26,201 nt of DNA, from positions 1 through 26,201 of the forward strand of contig JBGSTX010000075.1 in NCBI GenBank assembly GCA_041736305.1, written 5' to 3'. A model generated the notes under the pieces. The model saw only the letters and a list, made by a program, of their open reading frames with translations. It did no database searches and was not told the DNA's origin. Below are positions 9,154 to 18,084 of the stretch, piece by piece. How positions within the stretch are numbered: the stretch's first letter is position 1; each line of letters starts with the position of its first letter. Source of the stretch: Oligoflexus sp. (GTDB lineage: Bacteria > Bdellovibrionota_B > Oligoflexia > Oligoflexales > Oligoflexaceae). The position numbers and the translations under genes are program-made.

Positions 9154-9924
9154 ATGAAGTGGCAGACAACTGCCTATTCAGCTTTAGCTAGTCTCTGTCT
9201 TTGGTCATCCCTTGTTCATGCCCAGGACGCTGCAGAAGCGCCGGCTGAACAAGAGGAGTCGTCTGCTCTAGGTACTGTGAAAGACGCGAAGAGTAAGGTC
9301 GACGAGCAGGCGGACGCCCTCCGGGCTAAGGCACCAGGCATCCTCGGCGACCTGCGCATAGGTCCGCATGTGGGCGTAGGAATCCCTCATCCTCTGACAG
9401 TAGGTTTGGACCTGGTTTACGCGGATCTCCTGAGCCTGTCCGTTGAAGGTGGCCGCACCAAAGCCGAGATACAGGACGTCGAAGTGGAAATTCGCAACTG
9501 GGACGTGGCGCTGCGTTGGTTTCCCTTTCGCGGAACTTTTTTCCTAGGCGCAGCCTATGGTGATCAGGGTATCGTCGCTAAATCCTCCCAGGATGTAGAG
9601 ATCGATTACAATGGTATTCCGCTTAATGTGCCCACCACTTTCCGGCTCGAAGTCGAATCCAAATATTTGACCCCGCAGCTAGGTTGGTATGCGCGCTGGG
9701 ATTCGGGCTTCACCTTAAGCTTCGAACTCGGTTTGCAGATGCCTAGCGGTTCCAGCTCCGAACTGCAGACATCGTTTAAAAATATATCTTCGCAAGCCGA
9801 GGAAATCATCCGCAACAATTCTGAATACAACGACTCGAAGGATAAAGTCGAAGACGTCGGTCGTCTGATTGGACAGAAGAAGCTGCCCTACATTTCACTT
9901 CTAAAATTCGGCTGGCTGTTTTAA
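9154..9924 (+). CDS. Outer-membrane beta-barrel protein of unknown function
   Basis: ATG 9154 after RBS AAGGAG; signal peptide ending VHA-Q; amphipathic strands (WDVALRWFPF, FFLGAAYG, YLTPQLGW, FTLSFELGLQ); C-terminal KFGWLF (BAM-type terminal Phe). Confidence 0.82.
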   Translation: MKWQTTAYSALASLCLWSSLVHAQDAAEAPAEQEESSALGTVKDAKSKVDEQADALRAKAPGILGDLRIGPHVGVGIPHPLTVGLDLVYADLLSLSVEGGRTKAEIQDVEVEIRNWDVALRWFPFRGTFFLGAAYGDQGIVAKSSQDVEIDYNGIPLNVPTTFRLEVESKYLTPQLGWYARWDSGFTLSFELGLQMPSGSSSELQTSFKNISSQAEEIIRNNSEYNDSKDKVEDVGRLIGQKKLPYISLLKFGWLF

Positions 9925-9948
9925 AGGCCAGAGAGAGGTTAAAAGCAT

Positions 9949-10617
9949 ATGAAATATTTTTTCAAGCTATGTATAAGCTTTGCGCTCCTCGCCGCCCAGC
10001 TCGGGTGCGAAAGTGCAATTGAAGATCTGAAAAGCGGGACTACGACCAGTTCTGTCGCTGTAAGCGAAAGTGATGGAATCGTCACTGGCCTCGTGAATCC
10101 TGCACAGGACGCGAAGATCGCAGCCAGTCAGGGTGGTGCGTTAGCTGACTCGTCTGTCTACATTCCCAGTGGATCCCTCCAGATCGATGCTGCTTCTGTA
10201 AACATTGAAGTTGGACCTGCTGTCGACCAAACAGCCGACATAGCTACAGCGATCGGTTTCTCATCGCAGGCTATCGGGGACGGGACAGCCGCGCTCTTCG
10301 TCGGCGGTGCGGACGGACCAATCGGGCTCAAAGCTGGACAGACGCTGCAGATTTCTATGCCTCTACCTATCAAGAATGATGCTCTCAGTCTCCACAGTGG
10401 CGGGCACTTGGCCCTTCTCTACGTATATTATACGGGCACTGGCTATAAAGCAGGATTGAAAGTTCTCGATCCAGAGGCCGATTTACGCGGGATTTTCATC
10501 GAAACTTCGGTTCCGGGTCTAGGTTTCTATCGCATCGTTTATCTCGGGGTTCACGTCGAGTCCAAAGAGATAGAGGTGAATTTCACCCCTAGCGTCCAGC
10601 GCAGCGTCCTCAAATAA
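9949..10617 (+). CDS. Hypothetical lipoprotein, ZU5-like beta-sandwich suspected
   Basis: RBS GAGG; lipobox QLGC; 'VYIPSGSL...VNIEV' and 'GPIGL...LQISMPLP' recall ZU5-like domains. Confidence 0.75.
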   Translation: MKYFFKLCISFALLAAQLGCESAIEDLKSGTTTSSVAVSESDGIVTGLVNPAQDAKIAASQGGALADSSVYIPSGSLQIDAASVNIEVGPAVDQTADIATAIGFSSQAIGDGTAALFVGGADGPIGLKAGQTLQISMPLPIKNDALSLHSGGHLALLYVYYTGTGYKAGLKVLDPEADLRGIFIETSVPGLGFYRIVYLGVHVESKEIEVNFTPSVQRSVLK

Positions 10618-10665
10618 ATTGAGGTCCTGCGTTCGCAATGATTTGCCCCTTTTATTTCGCGTCGC

Positions 10666-11400
10666 TCACTCTAGGGTGAGGCGGACGCGAATTTCGGTCC
10701 ATCCCTCAAGAAATTTGCCAAGCGGATCGCGGCGCGGTTTGAAGCGAGCTTTGCGCGCACTGGCCAAAACCCTTTCATCCATTCCATAACCGATCTTATT
10801 GCGAAGTTCTGCATCGGTGACCCTCCCCTCGCGGTCAACATAGACTTCTATGACATAAGAGCCTTCGAGGCCGGCTTCTTCAGCCTCGGGTGTGAAAGCT
10901 GGCTGCTCGAAGGTTGAGGAAATGAGCGCGGCATCTTCGCTGAGGTCCTTGGCAAGCCCTTTGACTTGCTCAGGCGAAAGGCGGATGCCCTCGTCCTTGG
11001 CATCTGTGGTATTGCCTGCTGGGACCGCAAAGGAGCCTTCCTTGCTGAGTGAATCGGGATTCAACCCGAGGACGGGCTTTACAGGAGCCTCGGGATTGGC
11101 CGTCTTGGTCGGCTGGGGAGCCTTGGGCTTTTTTTCAGCAGGAGCTTTGGGCTCAGGCTTTTTAGGCTTTTCCTCAGGAGGTTTCTCGCTCACCGGAGGC
11201 GGTGGGGGAGGAGCTTTCGGTTTTTCTTTAATCTGGACGATAGCCTTTGCAGGTGGCAGAGCGATGGTCGAGCGGGCGGGAATCGCCTCGAGCACGAGCA
11301 AGGTGACTGCATGCAAGCCCAGCGAGACGCCGATGAGCAGGGCCATTTGGGAAAAAGTCGGTCTTGCTAATTGTTGCATGGTCTTCTCGCTATCCCTCAT
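10666..11400 (-). CDS. tonB: Energy transducer TonB family protein
   Basis: TM helix with SLGLH (SxxxH motif), Pro/Lys-rich linker, C-terminal FTPEAEEAGLEG...VYVDREGRV...GYGMDE...ARFKP. The start may be ATG 11379. Confidence 0.9.
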   Translation of the reverse strand: MRDSEKTMQQLARPTFSQMALLIGVSLGLHAVTLLVLEAIPARSTIALPPAKAIVQIKEKPKAPPPPPPVSEKPPEEKPKKPEPKAPAEKKPKAPQPTKTANPEAPVKPVLGLNPDSLSKEGSFAVPAGNTTDAKDEGIRLSPEQVKGLAKDLSEDAALISSTFEQPAFTPEAEEAGLEGSYVIEVYVDREGRVTDAELRNKIGYGMDERVLASARKARFKPRRDPLGKFLEGWTEIRVRLTLE

Positions 11401-11495
11401 TATAATGCCTATTCAGGATTGTGGAATTATAGCCCAAGGCAAGGCCGCGGTCTCGCGGCTTTCTCAAGTGGCTGACATCCTCAAGCGAGGTAGGC

Positions 11496-13754
11496 ATGAA
11501 GATTGTGAAGATTTCCCTGCAGCTAACAACCCTTTCTCTATGCAGCTGCTTAGGTGTGGGGACCATCATGGCTCAAGATGCTGAACCATCTTCTGCCGCT
11601 TCGACACCTCTCCCCGCGAGTGAGCAAGGTACAGATATAGAACTCACCATAGCTGCTAAAGGCAGCGGCCGCGTGCTTAAACGCGCTGAGGTTAAGATTG
11701 GTACCGAACTTTTTGCGAGCAACCCGCAGGGCAAGGTTCGTTTGAAACTGCCCGAGCGGGAAGGAACTTTGCAGGTGAGTCGGCAAGGCTATGAGTCTAT
11801 ATTTGTCGAATTTTCCTCGCTACGCGGCCAAAGCGCGGCAACGATCTACCTCCCTCCAGGTAAGCCTGACGATAGCGAGGTCGTCATTACGGGTTTTCGT
11901 CGGGCTGAAGTCTCGAGAAAGACGATAACCGTACGGGAAACCAGTCGCATCGCACCGGGCGGAGATCCCGCGCAGGTTACTCAGCTGCTCCCGGGTGTAC
12001 AGAGTAGTCCTGGTAGTACCGATGTCGTCATCCGCGGCTCGGGACCGAACGATAGTCGCTATTTTGTTGACGACATTGCCGTCCCCAGTCTTTTTCATGA
12101 TGTCGCCAATCTCAGTATCGTACCCTCCCAGCAGCTGGACAGCGTCGACTTTAACTCAGGTGGCTTTGGTGTACAGTACGGCGATGCAACGGGTGGGGTC
12201 ATCGTTCTGCGTTCGACCGATCAAGTCGTCGAGGCACCGCGGACGGAGTTTACAGTCAACGTTCCTTTCTATCTCGGTATCTTTCACGAGCGAGCGCTCG
12301 ATGCCCAGAGTTCGGTGGCCTTCTCTTTCCGTCGCAGTACTTTGGAAGCGATTCTGCCTTCAGTACTGCCGAAAGACCTCGACGCCACCGTTGTCCCCTA
12401 CTTTTTTGATATCTATGCGCGCTACCTTCATAAGACCGAAAGCACGAGCCATAAACTTACCGCTATCTCCAGCCTCGACGGTCTCAATCTGGTGGTGCCT
12501 TTCGAAAGCAGCGAACGTGAAGATGGTAAGGCCGATGTAACCTTTCGCAACAGCTTTTCGGTGTTTGCTTTGGAGCGAGACCACAACCTGGGCGATGGAT
12601 GGCGTTATCGGACGACGCCCCAGTACAGGATGTTTAGGGTGAAGGCCAACTTCATCTCAAACGAACTCTATCTGAATGGTAAGACAGTCCTGATTCCTAC
12701 CGAAATTACCAAGCGCCTCGACAAGGGTCGCTCGCTGTACTTTGGCATAAGTCCCGAATGGAATCAGACCCGAGTCGATGCGGACGCACCAGCTCCGGTC
12801 AACGACGATCCTTTCTTCGACCCTGAAGATGCTCCCAAAGAGAAGGCTAGTCAGACTTTCAGTTTCGCACAGGTAGCCGCCTGGGCGGCCATTGATCTCG
12901 GCTGGGATGCTCTGATTGTGACGCCTGGAATTAGAATTTTTAATTCACAGCTGGTAGGCGAAACTGGGGTCGATCCGCGCCTGCAGGCTCGCTATGCGCT
13001 CGATAAGGCCAATAATCTCAAAGCTGCCTATGGTCAGTATTCGATTGCTCCTGAGCCCGTAGAGGCAACGGAAGCCTTCGGCAACACCGATTTAGGCTAT
13101 GAGAAATCGGTACACATGGTCCTCGGGCTCGAAACGCGTTGGGATGACCGCTGGGAAACGGAGTTTCAGGGATTTTATAAGAAAACCTATCGTCTCGTCG
13201 TTTCGGGTGGCCCGAAGAATTATGAGGATACAGGGCTCCGGCGCACCTATGGGGCTGAGGCCTTTATCCGCAGGAACCTCACGGAAAAACTCTTCGGTTG
13301 GATAGCTTACACCTACTCGGTTTCTGAAGAAAAAAAGTCGGAGGAAAATCCTTGGTTCCGGAGTTCCTACGACCAAACGCATATTCTCAACTTTGCTGGA
13401 TCATATCGCGTTTCGGCTTACTGGGATCTTGGTACGCGTTTCAAATATAATACAGGGAATGCCTACACCCCTGTCACCAGTTCCATCTATAACGTTAACT
13501 TGGATAAGTATCAGCCTGAGTTTGCGCGAGATAATCCCTACAGTGCGCGACTCCCTGATTTCCACTCGCTCGACCTCTTCGCGACCTATGATTCCCTCTT
13601 TGACGAATTCAAACTTAAATATCAGTTTGGAGTGCAGTATCTCGCCTTGGTCAAACGTGTGAGTAGCGTCGACTATAACTATGACTACACGCAGAAAGAG
13701 TTCGTGGCAAACCTGCCCCCGATACCATATTTCCAACTGAGCGGTGAATTCTAG
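11496..13754 (+). CDS. TonB-dependent receptor with N-terminal carboxypeptidase-regulatory-like extension
   Basis: Signal peptide; EVVITG TonB box; plug motifs LLPGV, VVIRG, YFVDDI, GGFGVQYGDATGGVI; barrel strands; C-terminal YFQLSGEF; RBS GAGG. Confidence 0.95.
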   Translation: MKIVKISLQLTTLSLCSCLGVGTIMAQDAEPSSAASTPLPASEQGTDIELTIAAKGSGRVLKRAEVKIGTELFASNPQGKVRLKLPEREGTLQVSRQGYESIFVEFSSLRGQSAATIYLPPGKPDDSEVVITGFRRAEVSRKTITVRETSRIAPGGDPAQVTQLLPGVQSSPGSTDVVIRGSGPNDSRYFVDDIAVPSLFHDVANLSIVPSQQLDSVDFNSGGFGVQYGDATGGVIVLRSTDQVVEAPRTEFTVNVPFYLGIFHERALDAQSSVAFSFRRSTLEAILPSVLPKDLDATVVPYFFDIYARYLHKTESTSHKLTAISSLDGLNLVVPFESSEREDGKADVTFRNSFSVFALERDHNLGDGWRYRTTPQYRMFRVKANFISNELYLNGKTVLIPTEITKRLDKGRSLYFGISPEWNQTRVDADAPAPVNDDPFFDPEDAPKEKASQTFSFAQVAAWAAIDLGWDALIVTPGIRIFNSQLVGETGVDPRLQARYALDKANNLKAAYGQYSIAPEPVEATEAFGNTDLGYEKSVHMVLGLETRWDDRWETEFQGFYKKTYRLVVSGGPKNYEDTGLRRTYGAEAFIRRNLTEKLFGWIAYTYSVSEEKKSEENPWFRSSYDQTHILNFAGSYRVSAYWDLGTRFKYNTGNAYTPVTSSIYNVNLDKYQPEFARDNPYSARLPDFHSLDLFATYDSLFDEFKLKYQFGVQYLALVKRVSSVDYNYDYTQKEFVANLPPIPYFQLSGEF

Positions 13755-13764
13755 GAGGCCTATT

Positions 13765-14538
13765 ATGCTCGCTCGTCCATTTAAATCGCTGCTAGCTTTC
13801 TTGACAGTGGCCCATCTATTAGGCTGCTCAAATATGGACAGTCGACCCGAAAGAGCCGACAAGCTGAAGCCCATCTTAGTAGAGGTTAACCCAGCCACTT
13901 CAGGGGCCTTTCAAGCGCCGCTCTGGGGTGATGAGGTCCGCCTGGATTTTCATTTCATCGCACCGCCCCTGACTCCGGCTTTTACTGCCAGCGGAGTTCC
14001 TGCCAGGCTCAAGGCCCTCACTGTGCCGGTCCCACCCGCCCGCATTAGCGCTCCAACCGACGTCGCAGAGCTTCCTGGGCTGCAGCACAGCGTGGTTCAT
14101 GCGACGGTAAAAGTGCCGACTTTGGCAGAGCTGCAAAGCATCGACCCGGCCTTGGCTGAGCTGCCGTTTCTCCGCTTCCAGTACGAACTTCTTATCGAAG
14201 GTGCCGAGCGCTCTCTACCTATCAGCGGAGATTTTTTAGCTTATCGCGATGCTAGCGTCCCCGAGGCTGCTTGGAATTTCCAAGGTTCGAGTATTGTTCA
14301 GCCCGCTTCAACGAGCCCCGGCGGGACTACGATCGACATTGAAGCAGCGATAAAAAATGAGCAGAACGAGCCTCTCCGCGTTGCCTGGTTTGTCAGCGAC
14401 GGGAAGATAAAGAATCGACGTGCGAGCTCGACTGAGTGGGAAGCTCCCGGCGCCGGTGATTATACTTTAATCTTCACCGTCCGCGGCAAGCAGTCTCGTT
14501 CCGCTACTCTCCTTATCAAAACTGTGACCGTACCGTGA
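13765..14538 (+). CDS. Lipoprotein co-transcribed with the TBDR, C-terminal Ig/PKD-like domain
   Basis: RBS AGGAGG directly after the TBDR stop; lipobox LLGC; C-terminal 'LRVAWFVSDG...WEAPGAGDYTLIFTVR'. Confidence 0.8.
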   Translation: MLARPFKSLLAFLTVAHLLGCSNMDSRPERADKLKPILVEVNPATSGAFQAPLWGDEVRLDFHFIAPPLTPAFTASGVPARLKALTVPVPPARISAPTDVAELPGLQHSVVHATVKVPTLAELQSIDPALAELPFLRFQYELLIEGAERSLPISGDFLAYRDASVPEAAWNFQGSSIVQPASTSPGGTTIDIEAAIKNEQNEPLRVAWFVSDGKIKNRRASSTEWEAPGAGDYTLIFTVRGKQSRSATLLIKTVTVP

Positions 14539-14885
14539 CTTTATTGCTGAAAGGAGAGATACGTCTTGTAAGGGAGTGAAGCCCCCGTTAAAAGGAAGGG
14601 TGGCTCATAGACTAACTATCGTTTGGCGCCACATAAAGTTAAGTTGCGTCAAAGAGCCAGTATGAAAGCCCATATTTCTCGAAGAGCATTCGTGGCATTC
14701 TCCATGCAGAGTCCAATTCCGGCTCTTGTCCATCCTTCTATTGGGCATGTTCAAGCAGTTTGTTCGAGCTGGGATTCGATCCAATCGAAAGATCCTTTAC
14801 CCATTTTCGTGGTTCTTCTGCTCGGTCAGCTGTTTGGTTCCTGGTTTTTTTGCTTAGAAGGCTTTACGAAGAACTATGTGGATTT

Positions 14886-14899
14886 TCGATAATTATCGA
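14886..14899. promoter_or_regulatory. Perfect 14-bp palindrome upstream of the receiver gene
   Basis: TCGATAATTATCGA, 34 nt before ATG 14933. Confidence 0.35.
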
Positions 14900-14932
14900 G
14901 CAGAGTTGACTCGTGGTAAAAGAGGCTACTGG

Positions 14933-15385
14933 ATGTTTCCACCATTAGATTCAGCCAATATCCCAGCGGCGGCGAATCGAGACCCCTCTCGCGCTGATTT
15001 GCTGAAGGGGGTGAAATGTCTGATCGTCGACGATCAAAAAGAGTTGCGCTTCATTATTGGCTATATGCTGAAGAAGAGTGGAGCTGTAATCGCTGAAGCT
15101 GAGTCAGTCGAGACAGCTCTCGCACAGTATGTGCTGTTCAAACCCCATGTTATTGTTAGTGATTTAGCCATGCCTGATCAATCAGGCTTCGATCTCATGC
15201 GGCGCTTGCGACAGGAAATCGAAGTCGGCTCGCCGAACAAAACGCCTGCAGTCGCCGTTTCCGCCTTCAATGACGAAACGACGAGAAACCGCTCCTTGAA
15301 GGAAGGCTTTCAGTGTCATCTCGCCAAGCCAGTCAGCCGGGAAGAGTTAGTCAAAGTAGTGGCTAAGCTAGCTCATCAGGCCTGA
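14933..15385 (+). CDS. Single-domain response regulator (receiver)
   Basis: LIVDD, VSDLAMP (phospho-Asp), VAVSAF, HLAKP all intact; RBS AGAGG before ATG 14933 (alternative start 14876). Confidence 0.9.
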   Translation: MFPPLDSANIPAAANRDPSRADLLKGVKCLIVDDQKELRFIIGYMLKKSGAVIAEAESVETALAQYVLFKPHVIVSDLAMPDQSGFDLMRRLRQEIEVGSPNKTPAVAVSAFNDETTRNRSLKEGFQCHLAKPVSREELVKVVAKLAHQA

Positions 15386-15402
15386 AGTTCAGCTCTTTCG
15401 TC

Positions 15403-16674
15403 TCACGTTTTATTGATGAGAGTCATGCCGCCCAAATATGGCTGCAAGGCTTTCGGAATCCGAATGCTGCCGTCGAGGTTCTGATGATTTTCTAAAAATG
15501 GAATCAGAACGCGAGGGGTGGCAATCGCCGTATTATTCAGGGTATAGCAGAAGAGATTCTGACCGTTCTTATCTTTATAGCGGAGCTTGAGGCGACGGGC
15601 CTGGAAGTCGTGGAAAGTGGAGCAGCTGTGTGTTTCAGCATAGGCCTTCCGTGAAGGCATCCACGTTTCAATATCGTGCTTCCGTACCTGCCCCTGACCC
15701 AGGTCGCCTGTACAAACATAAACGACTCGGTAGGGGAGCTCTAGCAGTTGCAGAAGGGCTTCTGCATTGCTGAGGAGTTCTGTATGGAGAAGTTCTGAGC
15801 CTTCGACGTCTGCTTTGGCGACGATGACCTGTTCTACTTTCTGGAACTGATGCACCCGATAGAGTCCGGCCGTGTCTTTGCCATAGGTTCCCGCCTCGCG
15901 ACGGAAACAGGTGCTCTGCGCCATATAGCGGAGAGGCAGCTGGTCCTCAGCTAGAATTTCGCCGGCGTGAAAGGAAGTAAGCGATACTTCAGAAGTCCCG
16001 ACAAGAACGAGTTCGTCGCGCTCGACGAGGTAAGCTTGATCGCGACCGGTAGGGAAATAACCTGTACCTTCCATCGCCTGTTCCTTGACGAGGACCGGTA
16101 TAGACAGTTGGGTGTAATCCTTAGCGATCAGGTAATCGAGCGTCAGGCGGAGAATCGCTTGTTCTAGGCGAGCTCCAATGCCTTTAAGGACGTAAGATCG
16201 ACTACCCGCGAGTTTAACGCCGCGCTCAAGATCGAGCAGACCCAGCTCGGTACCGAGTGCGATGTGATCTTTAGGCTTGAACGAGAATTCAGGCACCTGG
16301 CCCCAACGCTTGACCTCGACGTTTTCGCTATCGTCTTTACCGAGCGGAACATCGGCGCGGGGAGGCGCTGGCACGAGCAGCATGTGTTGATGAAAGGTCT
16401 CGGTCAGCTGCCTGACTTCTTGCTCCAAAGTTTCGAGGCGTGGCTTGAAGGCATTGACCTCGGCTTTCAAGCTCTCGCGCTCAGCTGGACTCGCAGTAGC
16501 AATCTGCTTGGAGAGCCGATTGCGGTCAGCTTGCAGCTGCTCCATTTCCTGCTGCTTTTTCCGAAGATCTTCGTCCACGCGTAGCAGCTGATCGAGATCA
16601 ACTCCCATTCGTTTACTCTTGATCGCCTGGTTGACTAAATCTTTCTGCTCGCGAATAAACTTGATATCAAGCAT
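15403..16674 (-). CDS. serS: Seryl-tRNA synthetase
   Basis: MLDIKFIRE start after RBS GGAAGGA; N-terminal coiled coil; GTSE, CFRREAG, GLYRVHQFQKVEQ, DIETWMP, DFQARR, TLNNT, ENHQ. Confidence 0.98.
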   Translation of the reverse strand: MLDIKFIREQKDLVNQAIKSKRMGVDLDQLLRVDEDLRKKQQEMEQLQADRNRLSKQIATASPAERESLKAEVNAFKPRLETLEQEVRQLTETFHQHMLLVPAPPRADVPLGKDDSENVEVKRWGQVPEFSFKPKDHIALGTELGLLDLERGVKLAGSRSYVLKGIGARLEQAILRLTLDYLIAKDYTQLSIPVLVKEQAMEGTGYFPTGRDQAYLVERDELVLVGTSEVSLTSFHAGEILAEDQLPLRYMAQSTCFRREAGTYGKDTAGLYRVHQFQKVEQVIVAKADVEGSELLHTELLSNAEALLQLLELPYRVVYVCTGDLGQGQVRKHDIETWMPSRKAYAETHSCSTFHDFQARRLKLRYKDKNGQNLFCYTLNNTAIATPRVLIPFLENHQNLDGSIRIPKALQPYLGGMTLINKT

Positions 16675-16735
16675 GGTTCCTTCCCTGCCGTCATAGATAG
16701 AGAGCGGCCTCAAGTCATGTAGAGGTTCTTTATAC

Positions 16736-16826
16736 ATGGGAGACAGAGCTCTGGCCAGGCATCTACTCGGGAAAGTCGTAGACCAAGTGGGGCATTTCGA
16801 TTATGTATGGGAACTCTGTCTCCTAT
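16736..16826. repeat. Long inverted repeat in the divergent serS-dusB spacer
   Basis: GGAGACAGAG (16739-16748) pairs perfectly with CTCTGTCTCC (16814-16823) and extends on both sides with one mismatch or wobble each. Inner TCTAC/GTAGA stem at 16762-16782. Confidence 0.6.
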
Positions 16827-16856
16827 ACTCAGTCACGTCAGCTGGGAAAATTTTCG

Positions 16857-17972
16857 ATGTCAGCCTTAAATCCTTTTGATGTTCTAGACTTAGGTCCAAA
16901 ACCTCTGTTCTTAGCACCCTTGGCCGGTGTATCTGATCACCCGTTTCGGCGTGTTTGTGTCGCTCAGGGTGCTGGCCTTGCTTACGTGGAAATGATTTCC
17001 GCCACCGCCCTACTCTACGAGAGCCAAAGAACCTTTGCCATGCTCCTGCGACATGAGAGCGAGTCCAAGCTCGGCGTGCAGATCACCGGGCCTAGCGCTG
17101 ATCAGGTTGGTCGCGCAGTAGCTGCGATGGAAAAAATGGGCCGCTTCGATACCTTCGATATCAATATGGGTTGTCCGGTTAAAAAAGTTGTGAAGACCGG
17201 CTGCGGTTCGGCCATTCTTCGAGATCCTGAACGCGTCTTTGCGACTGTAAAGGCTGCTGTTGAAGCCACCGACAAGCCGGTGAGCGCCAAGATTAGACTG
17301 GGCTGGGATAAGCAGTCCAAGAACGGCACCGAAGTCGCTGATGCGATAGCTAAAGCAGGCGCAGCCTGGATTACCGTCCACGGCCGCACCCGTGCTGACG
17401 ACTACGGTGAGCCGGTGGATCTCGCTGGCATCCGTGAAATCAAAGATGCCGTGAATATTCCACTCATCGGCAATGGCAATCTATTTGAGCCGGCCGACCT
17501 GCAACGTATGCAAGATCTGAGTGGGGTCGACGGCTTTATGATCAGTCGCGGCGCCCTCGGCAACCCCTGGCTCTTTCGAGACATTACCCAAGGGCAAAGA
17601 CCTTTGCATATCGACGAATGGGAAGAGGATGTGCTCCAGCACCTGGCCTGGCAGCGCGAAGAATATGGGGAGCAGCCTGGTGCAGCAGTCTGTATGAGAA
17701 AGCATCTGCTCTGGTATGCGAAAGGTTGGAATGGAGTGCGAAGTTTCCGTGAAGCGGTCAATCAAGCCGAAAGCCTTGAAGCCGCCGGCAAACTTGTCGC
17801 TGAATTTGCTGCGTCCTTGCGGAAGCAGGGTGCGGTCCACCGGGCTTCGATGATGCAAGCCGACGCCGAGCAGCGCTTCGCCTGGGACCCTAAGTACGAA
17901 ATGGATCGGCGTCTCGATCGCGGTGTGGGCGACGATGCGATCGAATCCTTACCTGAAACGGTTTCGCTTTAA
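16857..17972 (+). CDS. dusB: tRNA-dihydrouridine synthase B family
   Basis: LAPLAGVSD, EMIS, VQI, DINMGCP, GCGSA, PVSAKIRLG, TVHGRT, GNG, DGFMISRG, GNPW, RKH. Start is 16857 or 16803. Confidence 0.95.
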   Translation: MSALNPFDVLDLGPKPLFLAPLAGVSDHPFRRVCVAQGAGLAYVEMISATALLYESQRTFAMLLRHESESKLGVQITGPSADQVGRAVAAMEKMGRFDTFDINMGCPVKKVVKTGCGSAILRDPERVFATVKAAVEATDKPVSAKIRLGWDKQSKNGTEVADAIAKAGAAWITVHGRTRADDYGEPVDLAGIREIKDAVNIPLIGNGNLFEPADLQRMQDLSGVDGFMISRGALGNPWLFRDITQGQRPLHIDEWEEDVLQHLAWQREEYGEQPGAAVCMRKHLLWYAKGWNGVRSFREAVNQAESLEAAGKLVAEFAASLRKQGAVHRASMMQADAEQRFAWDPKYEMDRRLDRGVGDDAIESLPETVSL

Positions 17973-18029
17973 TAAGCTGTTGATTTGGCAGCTATTAAAG
18001 CTACGAATTATCCTTGTTTGGAATAGTAT

Positions 18030-18056
18030 TCAAGTCCTGCAGAGTGAGGCCGATAA
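18030..18056 (+). promoter_or_regulatory. sigma28 (FliA) promoter
   Basis: TCAAG-N14-GCCGATAA, a near-consensus match, 28 nt upstream of ATG 18085. Confidence 0.8.
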
Positions 18057-18084
18057 GATCCTTGGCAATTATTGACTGGGGAAA

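Noticed and set aside
10892..11584. 230-aa Gly/Phe-rich ORF on the + strand
   Set aside because: Antisense shadow of the Pro/Lys-rich tonB linker; it also overlaps the TBDR start.
14639..14865. Possible minus-strand pseudogene interrupted by a TAG
   Set aside because: No start codon or recognisable homology in the frames I translated.
14623..14892. 89-aa + strand ORF in the long spacer
   Set aside because: TTG start, no clear RBS, no recognisable motif; cannot be supported as a gene.
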